Positions 20,308 to 29,112 of a stretch of 64,000 nt of DNA are shown in pieces. The stretch's first letter is position 1. The number at the start of each line of letters is the position of its first letter. Source of the DNA: a virus. A program made the translations under genes and the position numbers. The notes beneath the pieces are model-generated. The model saw only the letters and a list, made by a program, of their open reading frames with translations, was not told the origin of the DNA and did not search any database. The DNA is taken from IMG/VR virus record IMGVR_UViG_3300008262_000047; one strand, written 5' to 3'.

Positions 20308-21471
20308 ATGTTTTTATCAGAATCATTACAAAAGAAGTGGGCTCCAGTTCTAGAACACGGATCCCTACCAGCCATCAAAGACAACTACAAGAAGGCTGTT
20401 ACTGCCGTTATTCTTGAAAACCAAGAAAAGGCATTGCGCGAAGAAAAGCAAGCATTGTTCGAAGCTGTTCCAGTTAACAACATTGCTGGCTCAGGATCAA
20501 CCGAAATTGACCGTTACGACCCAATCTTAATTTCATTGGTTCGTCGTTCACTTCCAAACTTGATGGCCTATGACGTAGCCGGCGTACAACCAATGACTGG
20601 TCCAACTGGCCTCATCTTCGCCATGAAGTCACGTTATTCAACCCAAGATGGTGCAGAAGCATTATTCAATGAAGCTGATACCGACTTCTCAGGCACAGGC
20701 ACACACGAAGGTACAAACCCAGTTGATGGCACATACACATACGGCACAGGCTTAACAACAGCAGCAGCTGAAGCTCTAGGCACAGGCGGTATGGCTGGTG
20801 ACTTCAACGAAATGGCTTTCAGTATCGAAAAGACAACTGTAACAGCCAAGTCACGTGCATTGAAGGCCGAATACACAGTTGAATTAGCACAAGACTTGAA
20901 GGCAATTCACGGTCTTGATGCAGAAAGTGAATTATCAAACATTCTTTCACAAGAAATTCTTGCTGAAATGAACCGTGAAGTAATTCGTACTATCTACAAG
21001 GTTGCTAAGCCAGGTGCTGCTTCAACAGCAACAGCAGGTACATTCGACCTTGACGTTGACTCAAACGGTCGTTGGTCAGTAGAACGCTTCAAGGGCTTGA
21101 TGTTCCAAATCGAACGCGATGCAAACGTAATCGCACAAGAAACTCGTCGTGGAGGTACATTGAATGGTCGCTTCAAGGTGTTCATTGATCCATACTCAGC
21201 CAACACAAACTCAGCTTCACAATTCGTAGTAGTTGGTTATAAGGGTTCAAATGCATATGACGCAGGTATCTTCTACTGCCCATACGTTCCATTACAAATG
21301 GTACGTGCCATTGACCCATCTTCATTCCAACCCAAGATTGGATTCAAGACACGTTACGGCATGATTGCAAATCCATTCGTAACACAAGCCAACGGTACAA
21401 CTGACGGCGATACATTCACCGCTAACCGTAATCACTACTATCGTCGCTTGAAGGTCACAAACCTTCTATAA
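20308..21471 (+). CDS. gp23: major capsid protein gp23 (apparent in-frame internal deletion near 21152)
   Basis: GVQPMTGPTGLIFAM, KSRALKAEYT.ELAQDLKAIHGLDAE, FQPKIGFKTRYG; only 387 aa, RRG joined directly to GTLNGR. Confidence 0.95.
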   Translation: MFLSESLQKKWAPVLEHGSLPAIKDNYKKAVTAVILENQEKALREEKQALFEAVPVNNIAGSGSTEIDRYDPILISLVRRSLPNLMAYDVAGVQPMTGPTGLIFAMKSRYSTQDGAEALFNEADTDFSGTGTHEGTNPVDGTYTYGTGLTTAAAEALGTGGMAGDFNEMAFSIEKTTVTAKSRALKAEYTVELAQDLKAIHGLDAESELSNILSQEILAEMNREVIRTIYKVAKPGAASTATAGTFDLDVDSNGRWSVERFKGLMFQIERDANVIAQETRRGGTLNGRFKVFIDPYSANTNSASQFVVVGYKGSNAYDAGIFYCPYVPLQMVRAIDPSSFQPKIGFKTRYGMIANPFVTQANGTTDGDTFTANRNHYYRRLKVTNLL

Positions 21472-21490
21472 TCGAAGTAGCAGATGAAAC

Positions 21491-21530
21491 AGGAAAGGGA
21501 GAGGCTGAAAAGTCTCTCCCAATCCTTTTG
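21491..21530 (+). terminator. intrinsic terminator after gp23 (possibly bidirectional)
   Basis: GGGAGAGGCT-GAAA-AGTCTCTCCC stem-loop followed by CTTTT; the minus strand is also followed by a U-rich run. Confidence 0.8.
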
Positions 21531-21621
21531 CTATATACTTGTATACTTTCTCAGGAGTAGGGAGTATATAGCTGTTTTATAGTATCATAAATAGTATTAT
21601 CAATTCATCCCAGACATAGTG

Positions 21622-21650
21622 AGTTTAACACTCTGTCAAGTGCCAGTCAA
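21622..21650 (-). promoter_or_regulatory. antisense sigma70-type promoter
   Basis: Minus strand TTGACT-17 bp-TAAACT with extended -10 TG. Confidence 0.5.
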
Positions 21651-21666
21651 GAGAGATAGGTGAAAC

Positions 21667-22263
21667 ATGTCAACCGAAATCACAGAAGCAAAATGGACTA
21701 ATCGTCAACCTGAGGAACTAGATTTTCTACGTCCCAATGGCTTTCGTTTCATGATTCAAAGTCTGCCGAAAGTAACATACTTTTGTCAGGCAGCAAACAT
21801 CCCGTCCATGAATTTAGGTGTAGCAAAACAACCCACACCATTGATTGATATCCCAAAGCCAGGTGAAAAACTTGACTTCGGTGAACTCACCATTCGTTTC
21901 ATGATTCAGGAAGACATGGCAAATTACATTGAATTGTACAACTGGATGATTGCTTTAGGTTTCCCAGAGAACCATAAACAATTTCAAAAGAGATTCGCGG
22001 ATCAAGCATTCCGAACACCTGAAATCAATAACCAAGATGTGGGTACACAACGTAGAACTGACCTACCGGAATATAGTGATGCCACATTAATGGTATTGAA
22101 TTCCAGTGACCTCCCAATCGTTCGGTTAAACTTCATAGATTGTTTCCCCATCTCGTTATCTGGATTGGATTTCGATGTATCAACAGGAAACACACAATAC
22201 TTTGTAGGCAACGCCGTCTTTAAATATCGCATGTTCACGGTGGAGTCTTTATTGACTACTTGA
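21667..22263 (+). CDS. gp3: tail completion / tube terminator gp3
   Basis: FL.PNGFRF, YFCQ.ANIP, NYIELYNWM, YSDATL, FP.SLSGL.F. Confidence 0.88.
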   Translation: MSTEITEAKWTNRQPEELDFLRPNGFRFMIQSLPKVTYFCQAANIPSMNLGVAKQPTPLIDIPKPGEKLDFGELTIRFMIQEDMANYIELYNWMIALGFPENHKQFQKRFADQAFRTPEINNQDVGTQRRTDLPEYSDATLMVLNSSDLPIVRLNFIDCFPISLSGLDFDVSTGNTQYFVGNAVFKYRMFTVESLLTT

Positions 22264-22288
22264 CAAATGTAGTTGTACTGTGTATGTT
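22260..22288 (+). promoter_or_regulatory. sigma70-type promoter
   Basis: TTGACA-17 bp-TATGTT upstream of uvsY. Confidence 0.65.
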
Positions 22289-22315
22289 ACATGATGTATT
22301 AACAAGTGAGGTGGT

Positions 22316-22756
22316 ATGAAGTTACAAGAAATACAGGACATGTGGACAGAAGATTGTAAAATTGACCAAACTAATTTAGGGCGTAGTGCCGCCCGTGTTC
22401 CTGAACTTCACGCAAAATATCTCAACATGATGTCATCAGTCCGCCTTCAATATCGTAAGGCTGAGGCTGAATACCTTCGTATCCGAAAGTTGAAAGGTAG
22501 ATATTATCGTGGCGAACTCTCAAAAGAAGAACTTAGTGAATTGGGCTGGGAACAATATCTCAATGCGCGTCCATTAAAAAATGAAATGGATGATGTCATG
22601 AATACTGACGATGATGTTATCCGCATGACGGATAAGTTGGAATATTTAAAAACTGTCATGTACCAATTGGAACAAATCATTAAAAGCATCAATAGTAGAA
22701 CATGGGACATCAAGTCTGCTATTGAATGGTATAAGTTTACGAATGGTGGATTATGA
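22316..22756 (+). CDS. uvsY: recombination mediator UvsY
   Basis: W..D.KID, P.LHAKYL, R.W.IK.AIEW.KF..G. Confidence 0.9.
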   Translation: MKLQEIQDMWTEDCKIDQTNLGRSAARVPELHAKYLNMMSSVRLQYRKAEAEYLRIRKLKGRYYRGELSKEELSELGWEQYLNARPLKNEMDDVMNTDDDVIRMTDKLEYLKTVMYQLEQIIKSINSRTWDIKSAIEWYKFTNGGL

Positions 22757-24234
22757 GTGATGTTACCATTAGCAAGAAAGATGAGGTTTATCTTCATGTA
22801 GATGCCGATGCATCCATTCTACTTGAAATGAATGACTTCTTCACGTTTGCAGTTCCGGGTGCTCAATTCACACCCCAATATCGTGCAAAACTTTGGGACG
22901 GAAAAATTCGTCTACTAAGTTTGTTCACAAAGGAGTTATATGTAGGTCTTGCTCCTTATGTAAAAGAATTTTGTAAGTCAAACAATTATACACTTACAAA
23001 TCATTTACCTTCATATGCCGAAGATGTTGAACAAGCAAAACAATTCATTGCATCATTGAATTACCATTCAAATGGTAAGCCCGTTGATATTCGTGATTAT
23101 CAAGAAGATGCTGTACTAGAATCCATTCATCGTGGACGAACACTTCTTCTTTCTCCTACTGCGTCAGGCAAAAGTTTAATCATTTATTCTTTGGTTCGTT
23201 GGCATCAGACCCAAGGGCGCCGACAACTTATCATCGTTCCCACAACTTCTTTAGTCGAGCAATTGTATGGTGACTTTGCTGATTATGCTACAGCGTCGGA
23301 TTGGAAAGTATCTGAAAACTGCACCCGCATTTATTCAGGTAAAGAAAAAGTTACAAACGTTCCTATTGTAATCTCCACGTGGCAGAGCATCTACAAGATG
23401 CCGAAAAGTTATTTTGAAAATTTTGATGTGGTATATGGTGATGAGTGCCATTTGTTTAAAGCCAAATCATTATCATCAATTCTACACAAATGCACCAAGG
23501 CACCTTTTAAGATAGGTACAACAGGAACATTGGATGGCACCAAGACACATCGTTTAGTATTAGAAGGATTGTTTGGTGCTGTTCATAAAGTAACAACCAC
23601 AAAGAAGTTAATGGATACACAACAGCTTGCTGATTTAAAGATTCGTTGCTTACAGTTGGATTACAGTGATGAAGAAAAACAGTTGTGTAAGAAGTTCACC
23701 TATCAACAAGAATTAGATTGGTTAGTCACACACCCCAAGAGAAATAAATTTATACAAAATTTAGTGCTTGACCAAAAAGGAAATACTCTAGTATTATTCC
23801 AATATGTTGAAAAACATGGTGAAGTATTGTTTGATATGCTCTCTGAAAAAGTTGAAAAGGGACGAGAGTTATTCTTTGTACACGGTGGAGTTGAAACTAA
23901 AGATAGAGAAGCAGTTCGTGCCATTACAGAAAAATCTGAGAATGCCATTATTCTTGCGTCATATGGAACATTCTCTACGGGGATAAATATTAGAAATCTC
24001 CACAACATTGTATTTGCTTCGCCCTCGAAATCTCGTATCAGAAATTTACAAAGTATTGGTCGCGGTCTTCGATTGGGAGAACAAAAAACAAGTTGTAAGT
24101 TGTATGATATTGGAGATAACCTCTCATGGAAAACACATAAAAATTATACCCTACTTCATTTAATTGAACGTGTAAAAATTTACAATGAAGAAGGATTCAA
24201 TTATAAACTATTAACAATACCCTTACATGCATAG
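22753..24234 (+). CDS. uvsW: RNA-DNA/DNA helicase UvsW
   Basis: SPTASGKS, DECH, GTTGT, LQSIGRGLR. Confidence 0.95.
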   Translation: MSDVTISKKDEVYLHVDADASILLEMNDFFTFAVPGAQFTPQYRAKLWDGKIRLLSLFTKELYVGLAPYVKEFCKSNNYTLTNHLPSYAEDVEQAKQFIASLNYHSNGKPVDIRDYQEDAVLESIHRGRTLLLSPTASGKSLIIYSLVRWHQTQGRRQLIIVPTTSLVEQLYGDFADYATASDWKVSENCTRIYSGKEKVTNVPIVISTWQSIYKMPKSYFENFDVVYGDECHLFKAKSLSSILHKCTKAPFKIGTTGTLDGTKTHRLVLEGLFGAVHKVTTTKKLMDTQQLADLKIRCLQLDYSDEEKQLCKKFTYQQELDWLVTHPKRNKFIQNLVLDQKGNTLVLFQYVEKHGEVLFDMLSEKVEKGRELFFVHGGVETKDREAVRAITEKSENAIILASYGTFSTGINIRNLHNIVFASPSKSRIRNLQSIGRGLRLGEQKTSCKLYDIGDNLSWKTHKNYTLLHLIERVKIYNEEGFNYKLLTIPLHA

Positions 24235-24694
24235 TTACAACAAGTATAATGAGGGAACGTATTATAAGATTGTGAAATTGAAAACAGGAGAAACTATACT
24301 CTGTACCATGAATCATGATGTTCGGTCGTTGGCATCTGAAACACATTTACAAATGAATGTTCCTGTACAGGTTATCCCTCACCAAGAAACACGACGCAAT
24401 GGTCAAGTGATAGGCGAAAGTTTTGTTTTGCGTCCATGGATTGGATTAAGTGATAGTGATGAATTTACAATTAGTACTGACATTGTATTAACCATAGGAA
24501 GTTTAAAGAAAGAGGTACGTCAACAATATGTCAACTATATTGAACATACCATTGAAACACAAAAGCGCCAAGAAGAACAAATAGAACGTGAAGAAGCAGC
24601 AGAAAATTTATTACGTGAAATTACACCCGGTGAGTTATATTTTGTTGATGAACCTTTGAATATGGAAAATAACCATGACGAAAACCAAGAGTAA
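24227..24694 (+). CDS. conserved hypothetical protein (Sm-like fold suspected)
   Basis: IVKLKTGETILC motif; usual position between uvsW and gp55. Confidence 0.65.
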   Translation: MHSYNKYNEGTYYKIVKLKTGETILCTMNHDVRSLASETHLQMNVPVQVIPHQETRRNGQVIGESFVLRPWIGLSDSDEFTISTDIVLTIGSLKKEVRQQYVNYIEHTIETQKRQEEQIEREEAAENLLREITPGELYFVDEPLNMENNHDENQE

Positions 24695-25286
24695 AACAAA
24701 CAATCATTACATAGATAATAAAAAGTTTCTACAAGCCTTAATAGATTATAAAGTAGAGGTACGTGAAGCAGAACAGAACAAAGAGGAACGTCCACAAGTT
24801 CCAGAATACATAGGCGACTGCTTCATTAAAATTGCCAATCATTTAGCCTATAAAAATAATTTCATTAATTACAGTTTCCGTGAGGATATGATTTTAGATG
24901 CCATTGAAAATTGTCTCACATATATGGACAACTTCGATCCCGCGAAATCAAGCAATCCCTTTGCCTACTTCACACAAATTACCTATTATGCCTTTGTGCG
25001 AAGAATTCAAAAAGAGAAGAAGCATCTACAAACCAAATATAAGTATATTGCTTCGTTAGATGTGGATAACATCATTCGTCAAGCTCATGACGAAGGCACA
25101 CATACAAATGAGTTCATTCGGTACTTGCAAAAGCAAGCTGATGCCGCCAACCAAGAATTAAGTGCCGACAAAGAAACGAAAAAGATTACACGTAAACCAA
25201 AATATCTACAGGCACTTGATGACGATGTGGTGATTATTGAATCTGAGTATATTGATGTGGAAGAAGTGGATGAATATGATGAGTGA
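24675..25286 (+). CDS. gp55: late-transcription sigma factor gp55
   Basis: HYIDNKKFL, NFINYS.REDMI.DAIENC, NPFAYFTQI.YYAF.RRIQKEK. Confidence 0.95.
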   Translation: MTKTKSKTNNHYIDNKKFLQALIDYKVEVREAEQNKEERPQVPEYIGDCFIKIANHLAYKNNFINYSFREDMILDAIENCLTYMDNFDPAKSSNPFAYFTQITYYAFVRRIQKEKKHLQTKYKYIASLDVDNIIRQAHDEGTHTNEFIRYLQKQADAANQELSADKETKKITRKPKYLQALDDDVVIIESEYIDVEEVDEYDE

Positions 25287-25289
25287 AAC

Positions 25290-25318
25290 TTGACAAATAC
25301 CTAAATAGTCTGTAGATT
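25290..25318 (+). promoter_or_regulatory. sigma70-type promoter of the deazaguanine operon
   Basis: TTGACA-17 bp-TAGATT upstream of queE. Confidence 0.65.
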
Positions 25319-25347
25319 GTTATATAACTTTGTGATTGGAGTGTGAT

Positions 25348-26253
25348 ATGCGTATTCGTTACTCAGAAATTTTTTATTCATTTCAAGGTGAAGCTGAATT
25401 GGCAGGAACGCCTGCCGTTTGGTTACGTTTCTTTGGTTGTAATTTAAATTGTAGTGGATTCGGACAAAAGAATCCCACAGACCCATCTACATATGAATTA
25501 CCATTCGAAACATTCGATGTGGATTCTGTGAAGCATGTCAATGACCTTCCCGTGTGGAAGTTTGGGTGTGACTCATCCTATTCTTGGTCACAACGTTTCA
25601 AGCATCTAGCGCACGATGCATCTCCCGAAGAAATTGCTGACCGTTTAGTTGAAGCCAACAAGAGCGAGCATAACCCACAAGGATTGTTCATTCATCCTGT
25701 AACACAACAACCCATCATGCTATGCTTCACGGGCGGCGAACCCATGATGCAACAAAAGGCAATGATGGAAATTCTTCGTGTGTTGCGTGACAGAAATAAT
25801 GCACCACAACTTGTCACGGTGGAAACAAATGCCACACGCCCCTTGTCAGAAGAATTAAGAAAATTCATGTCATTTGAATTCCCATTCATGGGAAATGGTA
25901 AGGCGCGTTGGCATTGGTCAATGAGTCCAAAATTGTTCACGGTATCAGGTGAAGATAATGTGGTGAGTGCAGAACACATTCATGAATATTCACTTGCCAA
26001 TGCTACATCCATTTTGAAATTTGTGTGTAACGGGACAAAAGAAAATTGGGATGAACTTGACAATCACCTAAATAGAATTAGATTACTATGTGGGAGATAC
26101 ATGCCAGACGTATGGGTGATGCCTGTCGGCGCCACAAAGGATGCTCAAGAGGATCCGTATATTGGTGATTTGTGTATCGAAGCAATGAATCGTGGTTATA
26201 AAGTTGCCACACGAAATCATTGTTATGTCTTTGGCAACGTCATTGGGAGATAA
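25348..26253 (+). CDS. queE: 7-carboxy-7-deazaguanine synthase QueE (radical SAM)
   Basis: SEIFYSFQGE, .RF.GCNL.C...CDS.Y, FTGGEP, ETNAT, SPKL. Confidence 0.9.
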   Translation: MRIRYSEIFYSFQGEAELAGTPAVWLRFFGCNLNCSGFGQKNPTDPSTYELPFETFDVDSVKHVNDLPVWKFGCDSSYSWSQRFKHLAHDASPEEIADRLVEANKSEHNPQGLFIHPVTQQPIMLCFTGGEPMMQQKAMMEILRVLRDRNNAPQLVTVETNATRPLSEELRKFMSFEFPFMGNGKARWHWSMSPKLFTVSGEDNVVSAEHIHEYSLANATSILKFVCNGTKENWDELDNHLNRIRLLCGRYMPDVWVMPVGATKDAQEDPYIGDLCIEAMNRGYKVATRNHCYVFGNVIGR

Positions 26254-26254
26254 T

Positions 26255-26956
26255 ATGAAGTCACAACATCGTTTTAACGCATCAGCTATTCGTTCTGCCA
26301 TGGGCAAGACTGATCCTGAATTGGGATTACAGGTACATAAGCATCTTGTTGCTCAGGGTGTAGAGACACCTTTCATGCAGACGGAAGAATATAGTGACAA
26401 GAAGATTAAGAAGATTGAAAAACATTTCACTGAAATCATGACAACTCTAGGTATGGATTTGACTGATGACAGTCTCCAAGATAGTCCTAAGCGTGTTGCC
26501 AAGATGTTTGTGAATGAACTATTTTGGGGATTAGATTATGCAGCATTTCCGAAGTGTACTGCCATTGAGAATAAGATGGGGTATGATGAGATGGTTCTTG
26601 AAAAGAACATCACGGTGACTTCGGCATGTGAACATCACTTTGTCACTATTTCAGGTGTGGCACATGTTGCCTACATCCCGAAAAATAAGGTGTTGGGGTT
26701 GAGCAAGTTGAATCGTGTTGTTGAATATTTCTCACGCCGTCCTCAGGTTCAAGAGCGCCTTGCAGAACAAATTTATCATGCTCTGTCATTCATCCTTGAC
26801 ACGCCTGATGTAGCGGTTGTTATTGACGCCGAACATTTCTGTGTAAAGGCACGAGGTGTTGAGGATCCACATTCCAATACAATCACATCGAAGTTGGGTG
26901 GCGGATTCAAGGAGAATCCTGCCCTTCGTTCAGAATTCATGCATCTCATCAAGTAA
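26255..26956 (+). CDS. folE: GTP cyclohydrolase I
   Basis: CEHHF, GLSKLNR, RRPQVQERL, H.CV..RGV. Confidence 0.95.
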   Translation: MKSQHRFNASAIRSAMGKTDPELGLQVHKHLVAQGVETPFMQTEEYSDKKIKKIEKHFTEIMTTLGMDLTDDSLQDSPKRVAKMFVNELFWGLDYAAFPKCTAIENKMGYDEMVLEKNITVTSACEHHFVTISGVAHVAYIPKNKVLGLSKLNRVVEYFSRRPQVQERLAEQIYHALSFILDTPDVAVVIDAEHFCVKARGVEDPHSNTITSKLGGGFKENPALRSEFMHLIK

Positions 26957-26960
26957 TATC

Positions 26961-27476
26961 ATGTCAAGTGATATCAATGTAATGATTGACTTGGAAACCA
27001 TGAGTACCGAGTCAAACGCAGCAATCGCCTCTATTGGTGCGGTAAAATTTTCTATCGAAGCAGGTGTGATAGATACATTTTACTGCACGGTAGATGTGGC
27101 TGACTGTAAATTACAGGGATTACACATTTCTGCTGATACTGTGAAATGGTGGAGTAAGCAACCCAAGGAAGTATTAGAAATGCTTCGTGAAAATAATGTA
27201 TCTCTGCGCGAAGCTCTTACAAAGTTTTCTCAATGGTATGGAACAGTACAATATCCTACATGGGGTTGTGGTTCTGATTTTGATAATGTCATTATGGAAA
27301 ATGCCTATAAGGCAGTAAGTATGGTACGTCCTTGGAACGCCTGGAGAAACAGGTGCTATCGCACAATACGCGAAGTAATTAAATTACCAGAAGCTGAACG
27401 AACAGGCACATATCACAATGCACTTGATGATGCGTTACATCAGACACATCATCTACTTAAAATCTTTGGGAGCTAA
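26961..27476 (+). CDS. DEDDh 3'-5' exonuclease (Rv2179c/ExoVIII-like)
   Basis: MIDLET, GSDFD, H.ALDDA motifs. Confidence 0.85.
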   Translation: MSSDINVMIDLETMSTESNAAIASIGAVKFSIEAGVIDTFYCTVDVADCKLQGLHISADTVKWWSKQPKEVLEMLRENNVSLREALTKFSQWYGTVQYPTWGCGSDFDNVIMENAYKAVSMVRPWNAWRNRCYRTIREVIKLPEAERTGTYHNALDDALHQTHHLLKIFGS

Positions 27477-27478
27477 TA

Positions 27479-28738
27479 ATGTTTGAATATGTTGCTTCTG
27501 GGTTATCCTTTCTGCGTTGCAACTTTAAGGATACACATACAGGATATCTATTGGGTGAATTGAATAAAATGTGGGGACATATTCGTGGTAAATATGACCA
27601 CGAATTTTCATTCCTGTATAACGCCTATATTGAAAAGCATTTCGGTGAGGTGTTTTATGGTGCCTATCGTGGTAAAGGTATTAATCAGGTGTATGCCGAC
27701 TCGGGCGGTCTACAAATTGTCACACAAGGATTGACCATCACGCCGGCATTAAAACAGAAGGTGTACGAGAGTCAAGCCATGTACTCTGATTGCGCCATGA
27801 GTTTTGATGAAATTCCTGTGAGCATTATTGGCACAAAGGCGGTACGTTCAGATATTAACAGTAAATATTTTGATAGAAATAAATTTGAATGGTGTGCGCG
27901 TGAATCAGGCAGAAATGTGAAGAACCAAATTGACACATTCATCGCCATGAAATCTGATGCCAAGCCCATGTTCATTGTACAAGGCGGTGACCTTGACACA
28001 TACATCAAATGGTGTGAGTTGGCACTGGAAGAAATTCCTAAGGAATATCATGAACGCATTGGCGGTGTCGCCATGGGTTCAGGTGGTATCGGTAACGGGA
28101 TGTTTGAAGATTGTAAGCGAGCATTTTATTACACACAAACACCCTTGTTTGAAATGAACAATCATCTCCATTTGTTAGGTATTGGTGCAGTATCACGTAT
28201 GGTACCTACATTGGCAATGATTGAAAGTGGCTTATACACAAACAAACATATTAGTTATGATAGTACGACCCATACATCGGGTGTACAAATGGGAAGATAC
28301 TATGGTCCTGATTTCTCTTGGATTACTCCCGGCAAACACTTCATCAATGAAAATGGTCCTCAGTATTCCATTATCAATGCCGACATCAAGAAAAATGTTC
28401 CGTTCTATGATGTAACAGATGAAGTATTCCATGAGGTCATGAACATCAGTGTTCGAAAGTATCAGGCAAAAACAAATGATCCTAATCCGCCCATTCTTGC
28501 ATTTAACGCATACTTCACTTCATCAGTCATTAACTTTCTACGTCACTTAGATACCATGAGAAAGGATTTTTCACAGATTCATACATTGATGAGTGACGAT
28601 GAATACAATGCCATGATGGCGTTTAGTCGAGTTAAAAACAGAGTGGATTTTGAAAAGTGGGAAAATGAAATGGGACGATATCTCCCAAGTCAAGCTGTTC
28701 GTGATGGCATACCTGCAACATTACCTGAGGACTTTTAA
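27479..28738 (+). CDS. dpdA: DNA 7-deazaguanine transglycosylase (TGT fold, DpdA-like)
   Basis: ADSGGLQ, FDEIP, IVQG, GVAMG, HLHLLG, SYDSTT TGT-type motifs; lies in a que/fol cluster. Confidence 0.75.
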   Translation: MFEYVASGLSFLRCNFKDTHTGYLLGELNKMWGHIRGKYDHEFSFLYNAYIEKHFGEVFYGAYRGKGINQVYADSGGLQIVTQGLTITPALKQKVYESQAMYSDCAMSFDEIPVSIIGTKAVRSDINSKYFDRNKFEWCARESGRNVKNQIDTFIAMKSDAKPMFIVQGGDLDTYIKWCELALEEIPKEYHERIGGVAMGSGGIGNGMFEDCKRAFYYTQTPLFEMNNHLHLLGIGAVSRMVPTLAMIESGLYTNKHISYDSTTHTSGVQMGRYYGPDFSWITPGKHFINENGPQYSIINADIKKNVPFYDVTDEVFHEVMNISVRKYQAKTNDPNPPILAFNAYFTSSVINFLRHLDTMRKDFSQIHTLMSDDEYNAMMAFSRVKNRVDFEKWENEMGRYLPSQAVRDGIPATLPEDF

Positions 28739-28740
28739 TC

Positions 28741-29112
28741 ATGATAAAGCGTTACATTGAAGTGACATTTCAGAAAGAAGGTATTCACAAATATCCCGCA
28801 GCATTGACTGACCCGAAATTGAAAGATGTAGAATTTTTAGGATATCCTCATAGACACATGTTTCATTTCCGTGTTCGTGTATCGGTGACACATAATGACC
28901 GAGACATTGAATTCATCTTATTCAAGCGTGAACTTGAACATCTATATCAAGGCACGTTGCATGTTGATTATAAGAGCTGTGAAATGTTGGCAGAAGATTT
29001 AATAGAGTACATTACTAATGTTTATCCGGGCAGAGAAGTTGAAGTAGGTGTGAGTGAAGATGGTGAGAACGGTGCAATCATTCAATATCAACCAATGGGG
29101 AGTTTGACATGA
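28741..29112 (+). CDS. dpdL: QueD-like T-fold protein, DpdL-type (predicted CDG decarboxylase)
   Basis: LGYPHRHMF (LxxxHRHxF instead of QueD CxxxHGH), SCEMLA, EDGENGA; a true QueD is also present. Confidence 0.65.
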   Translation: MIKRYIEVTFQKEGIHKYPAALTDPKLKDVEFLGYPHRHMFHFRVRVSVTHNDRDIEFILFKRELEHLYQGTLHVDYKSCEMLAEDLIEYITNVYPGREVEVGVSEDGENGAIIQYQPMGSLT

